From an uncultured delta proteobacterium (lineage in GTDB: Bacteria > Desulfobacterota > Binatia > UBA9968): a stretch of 64,000 nucleotides of DNA. The DNA is taken from contig CAWFJP010000005.1 of NCBI GenBank assembly GCA_963816145.1, positions 96,001 to 160,000 of the forward strand. The letters run 5' to 3'. Positions 1 to 10,462 of the stretch are shown here, in pieces; the stretch's first letter is position 1, and each line of letters begins with the position of its first letter. A program made the translations under genes and the position numbers. Below the pieces are notes generated by a model that saw only the letters and a list, made by a program, of their open reading frames with translations, was not told the DNA's origin and made no database searches.

Positions 1-591
1 GTTGACGGGCAGGTGCTTGCCGACTTTCTGGTCGGCGATCTTGCCGATTTTTTTCAACAGCTCGCAGTTTCGGCCGTAGGTCTTGGTTTCTTGGGCGATC
101 TCGAACAGCCGGTCGGCGCGCGGGTCGCCGCCCGTGTGTATGCCATGGCCGATGCCGGGGATCAGTTGATTGTTCGCCAGGCGGCGCTCGACGGTCTTGA
201 GCGCGACCGCGTCGAGATCGGCATCCTTAGCTTCTTTGGCTAGCGCCTCGCTGAGCATTTTGGCGCAATACTCCGACGAGCCCAGATGCACGCTGCCGGC
301 GCCGAGAATCGCCGCGGCCACCGCACCCTGAATCGCTTCGGGCGCGGAGTGAAAAGTCATGCGCGCGGCGGCGGCGCCGGTGGTCATGCCATGGTCGACC
401 AGCACGATCAACATCGAGTCGATCATCTTGCCTTCATCGACGGTCGGCAGCCGCCCCTGGAGCATCAAACAGACCATCTGCGAGAAGCTGATCTTGCCGA
501 GCAGATCCTTATTCAAATCATAATTGCGCACATAGATCTTATCGAGCTCGGCTCTGCCCATCGCGGAGACTAATTTTGGAACATCGGCCAT
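1..591 (-). CDS. Citryl-CoA lyase / citrate synthase family protein, running off the window edge
   Basis: Manual translation MADVPKLVSAMGRAELDKIYVRNYDL...VLVDHGMTT...IPGIGHGIH..GDPR...HLPVN; DHG, GxGH and DPR motifs; GGAGG RBS at 596-600. Confidence 0.85.
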   Translation of the reverse strand, partial: MADVPKLVSAMGRAELDKIYVRNYDLNKDLLGKISFSQMVCLMLQGRLPTVDEGKMIDSMLIVLVDHGMTTGAAAARMTFHSAPEAIQGAVAAAILGAGSVHLGSSEYCAKMLSEALAKEAKDADLDAVALKTVERRLANNQLIPGIGHGIHTGGDPRADRLFEIAQETKTYGRNCELLKKIGKIADQKVGKHLPVN

Positions 592-612
592 AAAACCTCC
601 TTTAAGGTGTTT

Positions 613-684
613 GTTTCGGGTTACGAGTTTAGAGCTCGAGTTTTTGGGCGACAACTCGTAACCCGAAACCCGCGACTCGTAACC
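613..684. repeat. Intergenic inverted repeat with heptamer-tandem arms
   Basis: GTTTCGGGTTACGAGTT (613-629) is the exact reverse complement of AACTCGTAACCCGAAAC (653-669). Confidence 0.8.
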
Positions 685-691
685 ACTTTGC

Positions 692-1792
692 TTAGTTCAG
701 CTTCAACAACTTCGCGGCATTGCCACCCATTATTTTACGTTGCGTCTCGGCGTCGAGATCGTCGCGGTTCATAATCATGTCGGTGACGCCGGGAAAGGTG
801 GCGTCCCAGTGGGGATAGTCCGAGGCGAACACGACATGATCGGCGCCGATGGACGAGATCACTTCGCCCAGGCGGGTTTCGTCGGCCTCGAAGGACACGA
901 AGCATTGGCGGCGAAAGTAGTCGCTCGGTTTCATTTTCAACCAGGGCACTTGGAACGGCAGCACTTCGTAGTGCTCGTCCATGCGCCAGAGCCAGTAGGG
1001 CAGCCAGCCGGCGCCGGATTCGAGAAACACGCACTGCAACTCGGGATGGCGCTCCAGGGCGCCGCGGCAGATCAAACTCAAGCTCGCGAGCATCTGCTCC
1101 AGCGGGTGGGATATCGTGTGCGTGAAAAACCACTGGCCGACAAAGCGGTCGGCGCCGGCGGTGGGCATGAACGCGCCCGAACCCTCGTGGATCAGCAGCG
1201 GCACGCCGAGATCGACGACGGTCTTGTACAGCGGGTCGTAGCACGGATCGTCGATGTTGCGCCCTTTGACCGGATTGGGCCTAACGAAGATTCCCTTGAA
1301 GCCCAGTTCTTTGACCGCCCGATTGGCTTCGTCGATGGCCAGCTTGACATCCTGCACCGGGACGGCGGCTACACCCATCAAGCGTTTGCGGTCGCCGCCG
1401 CAGTAGTCGTAGAGCCAGTTGTTGTAGGCGCGGCAGAGCGCCGCGGCGTAAGCGTCCTCTTGAACCGATGCCAAGTACAATCCAGCGGAGGGGAACAACA
1501 GGCCGCGATCAATGCGGTCGCGATCCATCGCCTCCAGGCGCTGCTTGGGATTGGTCGCCAAGTGGCGTCCTTCATTCACCGGTGAACCATCGGTCTTGAT
1601 CCGGAATGGCGACTCGTCGGGACGGCGGTGATGGCGATCGCCTTCCAGTCGGAATAAGAGCTGGCCATTGGCGACTTTCTCGATCTTCGGCGCGTGGGCG
1701 CGGAAGGGAGGTTCTAAATATTTCTCAAACAAATCGTCGGCCTCGCGCACATGGCCGTCGATATCGATGATGCGGATTCCGTTATCAGCCAT
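692..1792 (-). CDS. Amidohydrolase family 2 protein
   Basis: IDIDGH N-terminus, RAYNNWL, LLIH, FLESGAGW, FASDYPHWD. Confidence 0.92.
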   Translation of the reverse strand: MADNGIRIIDIDGHVREADDLFEKYLEPPFRAHAPKIEKVANGQLLFRLEGDRHHRRPDESPFRIKTDGSPVNEGRHLATNPKQRLEAMDRDRIDRGLLFPSAGLYLASVQEDAYAAALCRAYNNWLYDYCGGDRKRLMGVAAVPVQDVKLAIDEANRAVKELGFKGIFVRPNPVKGRNIDDPCYDPLYKTVVDLGVPLLIHEGSGAFMPTAGADRFVGQWFFTHTISHPLEQMLASLSLICRGALERHPELQCVFLESGAGWLPYWLWRMDEHYEVLPFQVPWLKMKPSDYFRRQCFVSFEADETRLGEVISSIGADHVVFASDYPHWDATFPGVTDMIMNRDDLDAETQRKIMGGNAAKLLKLN

Positions 1793-1826
1793 TTTTCTGG
1801 TCCTTCGGGTTTATCGTGAAGAGGAA

Positions 1827-1909
1827 TTCACCACGAAGGACACGAAGAGCACGAAGTTCAGAAATAATATTTCCCAAAACCTTCGTGTCCTTCGTGCCTT
1901 CGTAGTGAA
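1827..1909. repeat. CACGAAG-type palindromic intergenic repeat (9-bp tandem arms)
   Basis: TTCACCACGAAGGACACGAAGAGCACGAAG...CTTCGTGTCCTTCGTGCCTTCGTAGTGAA; related copies at 3955, 31679, 53951. Confidence 0.85.
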
Positions 1910-1928
1910 CGAATTAAATTGACATACA

Positions 1929-2873
1929 TTATCGCCGTTCACGCAACACTTCTTCGACCACTGAAGCGTCGACGACGCGGTCGAGAGGCAGATCCGGTTT
2001 GCCTTGCTGGTCGAGCACCGTCCTGATCGCTTCGGCCAGCGGGCGGGCGTCGTCGATGATCAATTTGGCATAGATCGCATGGGATTCCACCGCCATGCCC
2101 TCGTCGAGGCCGTAGAATTTTTGCAGAAACGGCACGACTTCCGCCTTCTGGTTCTTGATCCAACGCAACGTGTCCAGTTGGGCCCGAACCATTCTTTTGA
2201 CCTGCTCGCGTTCCTGCGAGATTTTCTTGATCGATGTGCCGATGCCGACCGTGGCCATTTCCAGCACATCAGATGCGGTTCCGAGGATGTTGTAACCTTG
2301 GCGCTTGGCGACAATGAAGAACGGCAGCGATAGCGGTGACGCGTCGATAGTGCCATTGAACAGAGCCGGAAACCGCGTGTCCGATCCGCCCATGTTGACG
2401 AATTGGACATCACGCGGATCGACGCCGCCGCGGCGCAGGAGAAGGCGCGCGACGAAATCGTCGGCCGCGCCGATGGTCACGGCGATGGTTTTGCCCTTCA
2501 TGTCGGCGATGGTTTTGATGTTCGGCCTGGTGACGAGGGTATGGAACGATGAGCGGAGGGAGAGGCTGACGATGCGCACGGGCGCTCCTGAAATCGCGCC
2601 GCGCGACGTCGTGCTGGCGCCGATGGCATAATCGATCTCGCCGGCTTGCAAGGCGCCGATGGTGAGCGGCGGGCGCATGGCGATGATCTCGGCATCGAGG
2701 CCATGCCGACGAAAAAACCCGCGCTCCTTGGCCGCCCAGGTGTCGAGGAAGCCCAAGGATTTCGACGACACCGCGATGCGCACTTTTTCCGGCGAGCGTT
2801 CGGCGGCGAAGCCGGAATCCAAAGCGGTGGTTAAAAGCACAAGCGCCGCAAGGTTTCCAATGAGAAATTTCAT
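1929..2873 (-). CDS. ABC-type substrate-binding protein, NMT1/THI5/SsuA-like
   Basis: Signal peptide; AKERGFFRRHGLD, ALQAGEID, DMKGKTIAV. Confidence 0.88.
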   Translation of the reverse strand: MKFLIGNLAALVLLTTALDSGFAAERSPEKVRIAVSSKSLGFLDTWAAKERGFFRRHGLDAEIIAMRPPLTIGALQAGEIDYAIGASTTSRGAISGAPVRIVSLSLRSSFHTLVTRPNIKTIADMKGKTIAVTIGAADDFVARLLLRRGGVDPRDVQFVNMGGSDTRFPALFNGTIDASPLSLPFFIVAKRQGYNILGTASDVLEMATVGIGTSIKKISQEREQVKRMVRAQLDTLRWIKNQKAEVVPFLQKFYGLDEGMAVESHAIYAKLIIDDARPLAEAIRTVLDQQGKPDLPLDRVVDASVVEEVLRERR

Positions 2874-2956
2874 TATTTATGTTCTGTAACCAGGCAGCTG
2901 CAAGATAGCAAGCGATCCTTGATACGACAATGACTCCACGTTAGTGTCGAACTCCT

Positions 2957-3940
2957 ATGGCGACTCGAAAAAAGGTAATGACTAAGGTTTCGCTGCTGGC
3001 GCTGGCATTGGTTTGTTGGTTTTTCATGGCGAAGGCGACTGCCGCCGATAAGTTGCGCGTGAGCAACTGCTATATCGGTGGCGCCATTCTGCCCTTGTGG
3101 ATCGCCAAGGACGCAGGCTTTTATCAGCGGGAGGGATTGGACGTCGAGCAGATAACGATTCAAGGTAACCCCGCGGTCGCCTCCCTGGTCGCCGGCGAAA
3201 TCGATTTATTGTATTGCATACCCCATAATGTCATTAGCGCCATGGCCGGCGGCGCCGAATTGCAATTCATCGCCAGCGTCTACAACCGCATGCAGTACCG
3301 CATCGTCGCTGCGCCGGGCATCGATCGAGTCGAACAATTGAAAGGCAAGTTGATCGGCGTGGCGCGGATTCATGACGTGGCGCATTTTTACGTGCGTTTG
3401 GCGCTGAAAAAATTCGCTATGAACGCCGATCAGGACGTGCGTTTCCTCAGTACCGGCGGCCAGGCTGACCGGACGTTGGCGTTGAAAAATGGCCGCGTGC
3501 AAGCTTCGATCCTAAACCCCGCCTACGCCCTGACGTTGGAAAAAGATGGCTTTAAAACCATCCTCGATCTCGAGACCCTCAATTTCCCGGTGCTCGGCAA
3601 CATGACCTCGACGCGGCGCGCTTTCTTGAAGGAAAAGCGCCCACTGGCGGTGCGCTTTGTCCGCGCCCTGGCGGCAAGCATGAAAAGGATTCAAGACGAT
3701 CCGGAGTTGAGCAAGAAGGTTTTGGCGAAAAATCTGCGGCTGCAAGACAAAGCGATCATCGAAGAAAATTATCGCTTCAATTCTGGGAGAAATTTGGAAG
3801 CGTTTCCGACCCTGCCGCTGGACGCCCTGCGCTACGCCATCGATTCGCTGGTGCCGACGGTGCCGGCGGTAAAGAATCTGAAGCCGGAAGCGCTAGTGGA
3901 CCCGAGCATTCTTGCCGAAGTTGCGAAATCCATGCCGTAA
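2957..3940 (+). CDS. ABC-type substrate-binding protein, NMT1/THI5/SsuA-like
   Basis: Signal peptide; WIAKDAGFYQREGLDVE, LVAGEID, LKGKLIGV. Confidence 0.88.
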   Translation: MATRKKVMTKVSLLALALVCWFFMAKATAADKLRVSNCYIGGAILPLWIAKDAGFYQREGLDVEQITIQGNPAVASLVAGEIDLLYCIPHNVISAMAGGAELQFIASVYNRMQYRIVAAPGIDRVEQLKGKLIGVARIHDVAHFYVRLALKKFAMNADQDVRFLSTGGQADRTLALKNGRVQASILNPAYALTLEKDGFKTILDLETLNFPVLGNMTSTRRAFLKEKRPLAVRFVRALAASMKRIQDDPELSKKVLAKNLRLQDKAIIEENYRFNSGRNLEAFPTLPLDALRYAIDSLVPTVPAVKNLKPEALVDPSILAEVAKSMP

Positions 3941-3954
3941 ATGAAGGAGAAATT

Positions 3955-4038
3955 TTCACCACGAAGGCGCGAAGGACACGAAGGTTTCGGAAAATATTTT
4001 TTTCTCCGAACTTCGTGCTCTTCGTGCCTTCGTGGTGA
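3955..4038. repeat. CACGAAG-type palindromic repeat between convergent genes
   Basis: TTCACCACGAAGGCGCGAAGGACACGAAG...CTTCGTGCTCTTCGTGCCTTCGTGGTGA. Confidence 0.85.
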
Positions 4039-4057
4039 GGGTGTTCTCTCTCTTCTT

Positions 4058-5044
4058 CTACTTGCCGAAAAGTTTTTTGGTCCAGCCGGAATCTTCCAAC
4101 TTTTTTATCACGCTGTTGTCGACCATGACCTTGGCGTCGAAGCGGGCCAGATCGGGCTGGTCTTCGGCCATCATGTTGGCTTGGCCTTGCAACTGGCTGA
4201 CCGAGGCGTAGGGCGGGATTTCGGTTTGCGTCGCTAAAGTATTCCAGGCTTCTTCCAGATGGACGTCGTCGGTGTTGCGCGTGTATTTACTGATGACCTG
4301 TTTGCTCTCGCGTTTGTTGGTGAGGATGTAGCGCAGCGATTCGAGCCAGGCCATGACAAAATTATCGACCACGGCCGGTTTGGCTTTCATGATTTTTCGC
4401 GTCGTGATCAGGCAGCGCACGCCGGCCGGCAGCTTGAGATCCTCGATGTCAAGCAGTCTTTTATAGCCCTCTTGCTCCAAGGGCAGGTTGTTGGGTCGGT
4501 TCAGGATGCTCGCCATGGTCAAGCCTTGGCGCAGCGCGGCGACACGTTCCGGCTGTAACCCCGTTTGCACCAAGCGCACCTCTTTGAGAGAGATGCCGTA
4601 GCGTTTGAGGATTTCCCGGACATAATGATGGGTCTGGTCGCCGACGCGGCTGATGCCGATCGGCTTGCCGCGCAGTTGTTCGATTCTAGTGATCGACGGA
4701 TGCGCGACCAACACGTAGTCGATGACTTTATTGGCCAGGCATCCGAGCAGCACGACATCGCCGCCCTTGGCGGCATAGGGGATGAACGGTGACGCCCCCG
4801 ATTGGACGAAGTCGAGCTCGCTGTTGGCGAGCGCCGCGAGGGTCGGCACCGTGCCGCGCATGTAGATCAAGCGCGCATCGAAGTTGTATTTGTCGAAAAT
4901 TCCTTTGTCCTTGGCAACCCAGAAGGGCGCGTAGGCGGCAGCGATACTGGTATAAGCCGCGGTGATACGCTCGGCGGCGAAGGCGGTCAGTGCCCAGACG
5001 CTGAGTAGGCCAAAAAAGGTGATGCCCCGTACTAAGTTTTTCAT
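4058..5044 (-). CDS. ABC-type substrate-binding protein, NMT1/THI5/SsuA-like
   Basis: Start placed at MKNLVRG (signal peptide); WVAKDKGIFDKY, LRGKPIGISR. Confidence 0.85.
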   Translation of the reverse strand: MKNLVRGITFFGLLSVWALTAFAAERITAAYTSIAAAYAPFWVAKDKGIFDKYNFDARLIYMRGTVPTLAALANSELDFVQSGASPFIPYAAKGGDVVLLGCLANKVIDYVLVAHPSITRIEQLRGKPIGISRVGDQTHHYVREILKRYGISLKEVRLVQTGLQPERVAALRQGLTMASILNRPNNLPLEQEGYKRLLDIEDLKLPAGVRCLITTRKIMKAKPAVVDNFVMAWLESLRYILTNKRESKQVISKYTRNTDDVHLEEAWNTLATQTEIPPYASVSQLQGQANMMAEDQPDLARFDAKVMVDNSVIKKLEDSGWTKKLFGK

Positions 5045-5127
5045 TGGCTTGGTGTTCTTTCCGGCTAAACAGTACATTCGTTCGCACCCGGCATTCAAGA
5101 GCGCGCGCCAGAGGCTTCCGCTCCGTT

Positions 5128-5222
5128 CCGTCATTCCGGCGCAGAGCCTGCCCCGGACTCGATCCGGGGCCGGAATCCAGGTTGGGTGCGGGGATGGATG
5201 CCGGTTTTCACCGGCATGACGG
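5128..5222. repeat. GTCATTCCGGC-type REP-like palindrome with a nested hairpin
   Basis: CCGTCATTCCGGCGCAG...GCCGGAATCCA...TGGATGCCGG...CCGGCATGACGG; extra CCCCGGACTCGATCCGGGG in the first loop. Confidence 0.8.
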
Positions 5223-5334
5223 ATATGACTTGAATTGTGGATAAGCGATTGGCGCGACTGAGACTAAGCATTGAGTGTTGAAGGTGCAACTTGTTCCAGA
5301 TAAGTTCGCGCCAATAATCTTGAGGAGTAGGATC

Positions 5335-6582
5335 ATGGTTCAGTATGCGCCCAAACTCACCTTCGGACCGGAAACCGCGGATTGGCAAGAGCGTCTCAAT
5401 ACCGAACGCATGCGCAACCAGCGCGTGGCGCGGGCGCAGGCGATCATGAAGAAGCACGGCGTGGCCGCGCTGCTCGAAGCCAATCATCACAACATTAGAT
5501 ATTTAACGGCACTGCGCGGATTCACTTACCCGATGTGCCGCTACGTGCTGTTCTTCGCCGAGCATGCTCCGGTGATGTACGAGCACGACGGCTATTTTCA
5601 TCAGATGCCGGATCAGTGTCCGTGGATCAAAGAGTGGCGCCCCGCGCATTCCTGGCTGAGCGGAGCACCCGGACCCGGCGCCTGCGCCGCTGAGGCCAAA
5701 GCGTTCGCGGCGGAGATCAAAGCGGAGCTCGAGAAACGCGGTCTGCTCGGCGAGAAGCTCGCGCTCGGCAGTTTCGACGGCAACGCGCGGGAGGCGCTGG
5801 TCAATGCCGGCGTTAAAAATATCGTCGACTCGCGCAATCTCATGCTCGAAGCGCGCATGATCAAAAACCGTGACGAGATCGATTGTCTCAAAACCTGCGC
5901 GTCGATGGTCGACGGCGTCTGGTATCGGGTGTGGGAAAATCTCAAACCCGGCATTCGCGACACCGATCTGATGCGCATCGCGTCTACGGCCGGCTGGGAG
6001 ATGGGGCTCGAAGGCTCCGTGCCCGGCGGCTGGCGCACCGGGCCGACGACCTTCGACCGCGGACCCCACGCCACCAGCCGGGTGATTCAGTTCGGCGATA
6101 TGGTTTACGGCTCCTACTGCGGCGCGACTTATATGGGTTACGGCAGCTGCACCTACCGGACCTTCATCGTCGGCCGCAAGCCGACGGCGCAGGAGCAGGA
6201 CTGGTACAAGCAAGTGCGCGAGCGGCTCGATCTGGTCATCTCGGAAATCAAACCGGGCAAGACCACGGCGGACGCGGCGAAACATTTTCCGCCGGCGACT
6301 AAGTGGGGTTATAGGAGCGAAGTGGAAATCCTCGCCAGCGAAATCGGCCACGGCATCGGTCTCGGCACCAACACCGGCTACGATGTTCCGATCATCAACC
6401 GCCTGTGGTCCTTCGATCATCCGCAGGTATTCGAAGAAGGGATGACGATCGCCGTCGAATCGCGCGAAGGCGCGACCCGCGTCGGCGGCGCGCGCTTGGA
6501 AAACATGCTGGTGGTGACGAAAAACGGCGCCGAGATCATGGACTATTTCCCGCGCGATGAGATCTTGGTGGCGCCGCGCTGA
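5335..6582 (+). CDS. M24 (Xaa-Pro peptidase/creatinase fold) family protein
   Basis: NIRYLT, ARMIK, GHGIG, EEGMTIAVE, RLENMLVVT; start at MVQYAP after GAGGAG. Confidence 0.88.
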   Translation: MVQYAPKLTFGPETADWQERLNTERMRNQRVARAQAIMKKHGVAALLEANHHNIRYLTALRGFTYPMCRYVLFFAEHAPVMYEHDGYFHQMPDQCPWIKEWRPAHSWLSGAPGPGACAAEAKAFAAEIKAELEKRGLLGEKLALGSFDGNAREALVNAGVKNIVDSRNLMLEARMIKNRDEIDCLKTCASMVDGVWYRVWENLKPGIRDTDLMRIASTAGWEMGLEGSVPGGWRTGPTTFDRGPHATSRVIQFGDMVYGSYCGATYMGYGSCTYRTFIVGRKPTAQEQDWYKQVRERLDLVISEIKPGKTTADAAKHFPPATKWGYRSEVEILASEIGHGIGLGTNTGYDVPIINRLWSFDHPQVFEEGMTIAVESREGATRVGGARLENMLVVTKNGAEIMDYFPRDEILVAPR

Positions 6583-6761
6583 CCTAGCGAAGTCGCGGCT
6601 CGATTCCCAGGGATTAGAATTCCGCCGTGGTGCATTCCGAATTTCGATAATTGAATGGGAGGAGCCGGACTCAGTTGCTGGTTGTCTTGTTAGCGAGATC
6701 TCCGAGCTAATCGCAAGTCACAATCCATCGCCGCTGTCTTTTTTAACTAGTTTATTTGTTT

Positions 6762-6900
6762 TCCCTCTTTGAAAAAGAGGGGCCAGGGGAGATTTTTTAT
6801 CCTGCATACAGCTGTATCGTCTCAGAAGATTGGCGAATCCAGCGAAGAACCCTCCCATCCCGCAACCAAATTTCCCTTCGTCCCCCTTTGCCAAAGGGGG
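6762..6900. repeat. CCCTCTTT...AAAGAGGG-type double-hairpin repeat
   Basis: CCCTCTTTGAAAAAGAGGG...GGGGAGATTT...AAATTTCCC...CCCCCTTTGCCAAAGGGGG; related copies at 30254 and 55718. Confidence 0.75.
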
Positions 6901-7061
6901 TTGGGTTTTCGCTCGCGGCGGGTTTCTTCGTCAGCGATGTGTCGAACTGATGAGAGGTGCCGCGCGATCGAGACTGTTTTGTTTTGACCGCCTATTCTCT
7001 GGCACGAATTTAGCTGGAGAATCTCCTCGAGTCTGTTGCGCTCAACTTTCTGGAGGAAACG

Positions 7062-7757
7062 ATGGCCCAGTTGCGCTGTCTGACGATCAAAGCGAGCGAG
7101 CCAACAAGATTGGCGGATTTTTACCGCGCGGTTTTCGAACTCGATACGGTTTCGGAAGATGGCGGTCTGATTCGCCTGTCCGATGGCGTATTTACTTTGG
7201 CGCTGCTCAAAGAAGCGGATGAATCTCGCACCGGACTCCATGCCAGCGGCTTCCAGGTCGACAGCCAGGCGACTGTGAAGCAGGGTGCCGAGAAGGGCGG
7301 AACCCCATCGCCCCATAGTGAGTTTCGAGTCATGGACCCGGATAAAAATTTGATCGACGTCACGACCGGGGTGTTTGGCGTATCGGCGGCCAAGACGCCG
7401 TTTCCGATCAGGCATATGGCGCTATTCACCGCCGATCCAAAACGGCTGGCCGACTTTTACGCTACCGTTTTCGGTTTGAAACCCGTCGGCCACACCGACC
7501 GCGGCTCGATCTTCGTCTCCGACGGCTACTTCAATCAGGCGCTGCTCTATCAACGCGTGCACGAGGAAAAGAACGGCTTCAATCATTTCGGCTTCAAGAT
7601 CCGCGACGTCGAAGAAACCCGAGACCGCGCCGAAAAAGCCGGCGTCCGCCGCGGCGCCGCCAGGCCGCAGCGGATTCCCTTCGCCGAATTCCGCCTGCAC
7701 GATCCCGAAGGCAACGGCATCGATATTTCGGTCAAAGGGTTTATGCCGGGGGAGTAG
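7062..7757 (+). CDS. VOC (glyoxalase/bleomycin resistance) protein with two domains
   Basis: Duplicated LADFY..VF.L, SDG.F, DPD/EGN.IDI units; GGAGG RBS. Confidence 0.88.
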   Translation: MAQLRCLTIKASEPTRLADFYRAVFELDTVSEDGGLIRLSDGVFTLALLKEADESRTGLHASGFQVDSQATVKQGAEKGGTPSPHSEFRVMDPDKNLIDVTTGVFGVSAAKTPFPIRHMALFTADPKRLADFYATVFGLKPVGHTDRGSIFVSDGYFNQALLYQRVHEEKNGFNHFGFKIRDVEETRDRAEKAGVRRGAARPQRIPFAEFRLHDPEGNGIDISVKGFMPGE

Positions 7758-8488
7758 GGTTCTCCGATTCGGAGTATCGATATTGTCGGACGGGATTTGC
7801 CGCCGCTTTTAGCGTCACCGCCCGTCGACACCTTTCCACTCTCGCCATTTCCAACCGTATCCGATTATTCCGTTGATAATCGGTTGTCCGGCAAGGGGAC
7901 TACGATCTTTGACGATCAAGTGATCTAAGTTAGGAATGTAATCGAACTTTCAGTTCAATCCTGCGGCGACAATCTCTCGATTGTCAGAGCTAAGCGAGGA
8001 TGTTTCGCCCATCGTGAAGAGCGAATATTTTAGATCTGCAATTTACGTTCTCTCCGTCAAACAAATTCTCTGGAATCTGTCTGAGGCGTCGAGCAGTTCT
8101 AATCTTGGAAATAATAAAACTGCTTCTGCTAGAATCGTTTCGTTTGTCCGGCTTCTTTTCAAATTGCGACTTAGGGGGTAAACCGGAATTGTCCTACCTT
8201 TTGCTATGCCACTTCGTTCGTAGATCACCTTTAGTCATTGGTGCGAAGCGAAACGAAAACCCTAGATGTTTTCTTCGCTCTTGCGAAAACTTCTGAAAGT
8301 TAACTTTGACAAGGATTATATTTTAGCGACTTAAAGAAGCAGAGCCACGATGGCAACTTATCCCAACCTTTAGCACAAGTTGACTCGCCGGCAGTGGTTG
8401 CGATATGCCTGCGGCCAGTATGGCCCGGTACATATATTAAAGCTACGACGCGCCGCGTTGGAGCGCACCTGTCAAGGACTGAAGGCCA

Positions 8489-8644
8489 ATGGTGTTATGG
8501 ATTGAGTTGCTCGCGTACGCCGCCCTCGCGGCGGGTGTACTTGTTATGATCTGGAGTCTCGTTCGGGGAAGCGTTTCCGTAACCGGGCTGGGGCTCCTGA
8601 TTGTCGGTCTACTGATCGAGCTGCTGATTTGGATCTTCACCTGA
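8489..8644 (+). CDS. Small two-TM membrane protein (51 aa)
   Basis: Manual translation MVLWIELLAYAALAAGVLVMIWSLVRGSVSVTGLGLLIVGLLIELLIWIFT; below the ORF-track cutoff. Confidence 0.55.
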   Translation: MVLWIELLAYAALAAGVLVMIWSLVRGSVSVTGLGLLIVGLLIELLIWIFT

Positions 8645-8659
8645 GATCCATAACTTCAC

Positions 8660-9070
8660 ACACGAACCCGGCCCGGCGCTCTTCGCGGGTCGCAGCTTCG
8701 CCAAACAGTTTTAAACTCCGGCAACGCCGGTGGCGCTCCCGGGTCGATGCGATCTACGCACAGGGAGAACGCATTGGCGATGTAATGCTACACGCTGCGC
8801 CGGTCCCGCCGTTCCTGCTCGTAGCTCCAGCGCCCGCTTAACGCTTCCACAAGGCAACGTGCATCGGCTTTATTGATCTGGAGTGCCGGCACCATGGTGA
8901 AGGGCTGCACCTTGCCGAGCACGTCCAACATAGAATCGCGCCGGCTCGCCCAGGCATGAATCGCCGGATCCCAACTGTCGCCCAAGGTCGTGCTAAGCGT
9001 CTTCACGAAGTCGCATTGTGCATCGGTCTCGATGTCCTCGACGACGCCTAAGAGTAACCGGCGGACTAAA
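8660..9070 (-). pseudogene. Gene remnant with in-frame stop, possibly a phage terminase C-terminal fragment
   Basis: PALQINKADARCLVEALSGRWSY...RSV*HYIANAFSL continues in frame past a TAG. Confidence 0.25.
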
Positions 9071-9434
9071 AACACCCAGGGGCAGAACAATTCCGAAGAT
9101 GATGACCAGAACCATCCGCACAAAAAAATAGTAGCGCGATTACAGACGAAAAATAAGCGACGGTAGACTCGCGTAGGGGTGGGCCGCAGTTAGATCACAT
9201 TCTCAGCCGGTGAAGCGGTGAGTGCCATAACCAGCGGTGCCCAAATGTTACCGCAACTTCCGTCATTTTCCTTGGCAATTCGCTGCGCATCAAATCGCGG
9301 TGAATTTAAACAAAACGTCACTTGAATCTACACGTCTCCGTGATAGATTTTTTGCGCATACATCTCGATTGCTGGCTGCGTTTGACTCCATTTTTCCGGC
9401 TTAGCTGATTAAAGCACTGAGGGGAAAGAACACA

Positions 9435-9725
9435 TTGCTGCTCAAGGAATACAGCCCCAGCTGGCCTCCAAGCATTACAATTAGTGACGCGGAGCTCGCT
9501 CCAAAAGGGGCCATTCCGCCGAAAGCCGATCCGGGGGATGTGGTTTTAAAAGTCCAATATCTATATCCCGGCGAATTGGAAATAAGACTGCGCCGCGCAA
9601 AATACAACGAGTACACAGTCTTGTTGCGTGTTCCGCCCTCTCTGCAACAGAAAATCATCTTTGACATTGTCCGAAAGAAGAACATGACACTACGCGAAGT
9701 TGGAGAGTTGCCGATTCGCGTCTGA
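9435..9725 (+). CDS. Hypothetical protein (96 aa)
   Basis: TTG start after GAGGGG; globular composition. Confidence 0.5.
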   Translation: MLLKEYSPSWPPSITISDAELAPKGAIPPKADPGDVVLKVQYLYPGELEIRLRRAKYNEYTVLLRVPPSLQQKIIFDIVRKKNMTLREVGELPIRV

Positions 9726-10462
9726 ATTATACATTTTCTGTTTATTTTCCGGTGCAGCATGCCGGCCCAGAAACCGTTATCCGAGCATGAGAAGCGTAAC
9801 CTGAGGGCGGTTAAGTTGTTCCTAGACGTTGATCCGAAGCGCTCAGAAGTTGCAAAAGCATTCACTGGACTCGCCTAAGACACTCGACAAACTCTCACCT
9901 CACAAGCAACGCTCTTTCATCAAGCTCTACCACACGGCTTTGGAGGACCCGGAAACATTTCTACTTATTCAAAAGGTCAGGTCAAAAATACTTCGCCCAT
10001 AATCTGGAAATCGCAGTTGATACAGGCTCGCTTATCCGGCGCCTCTCGTAGCTGAGCAAACTGGTCGGCTCGGAAAACCATGATCGGCCGCCCTCCTGCG
10101 ATCTCAGCATCACGGCAGTGCCGGCGATGAAAACGGTTTTGCGTATCCTATCGCCAACTCCGGGCGCGAGGATCAAAGTTTGAGCGCGTTGTCATTGGCT
10201 CCAACCTCGGCCCGCCGGGAAACTCTTCCTCGATCTTAAGGCAGCACAGCGCCACGGCATCGACCCTGCCGGTGAAATCCTTGGCGTTAGGCCCAAGGAT
10301 ATGCCGGTGAAAGGCGTCGATAAAATAGATCTAGTCATCAGAAAAAGCCCGACAGTCAGTCGCTTGCCTTTTGCCAGCTCATTCTTATACATATCTCCCT
10401 CGCAACATAGTCGCACGACCCGCACTGAATCAACTTTCCGCGACTGAGTCCTGGAGAAACGG

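Noticed and set aside
5503-6420. Long antisense ORFs (also 13962-14894, 30796-31725, 34038-34943, 55905-56828)
   Set aside because: Typical high-GC antisense shadows of well-supported genes
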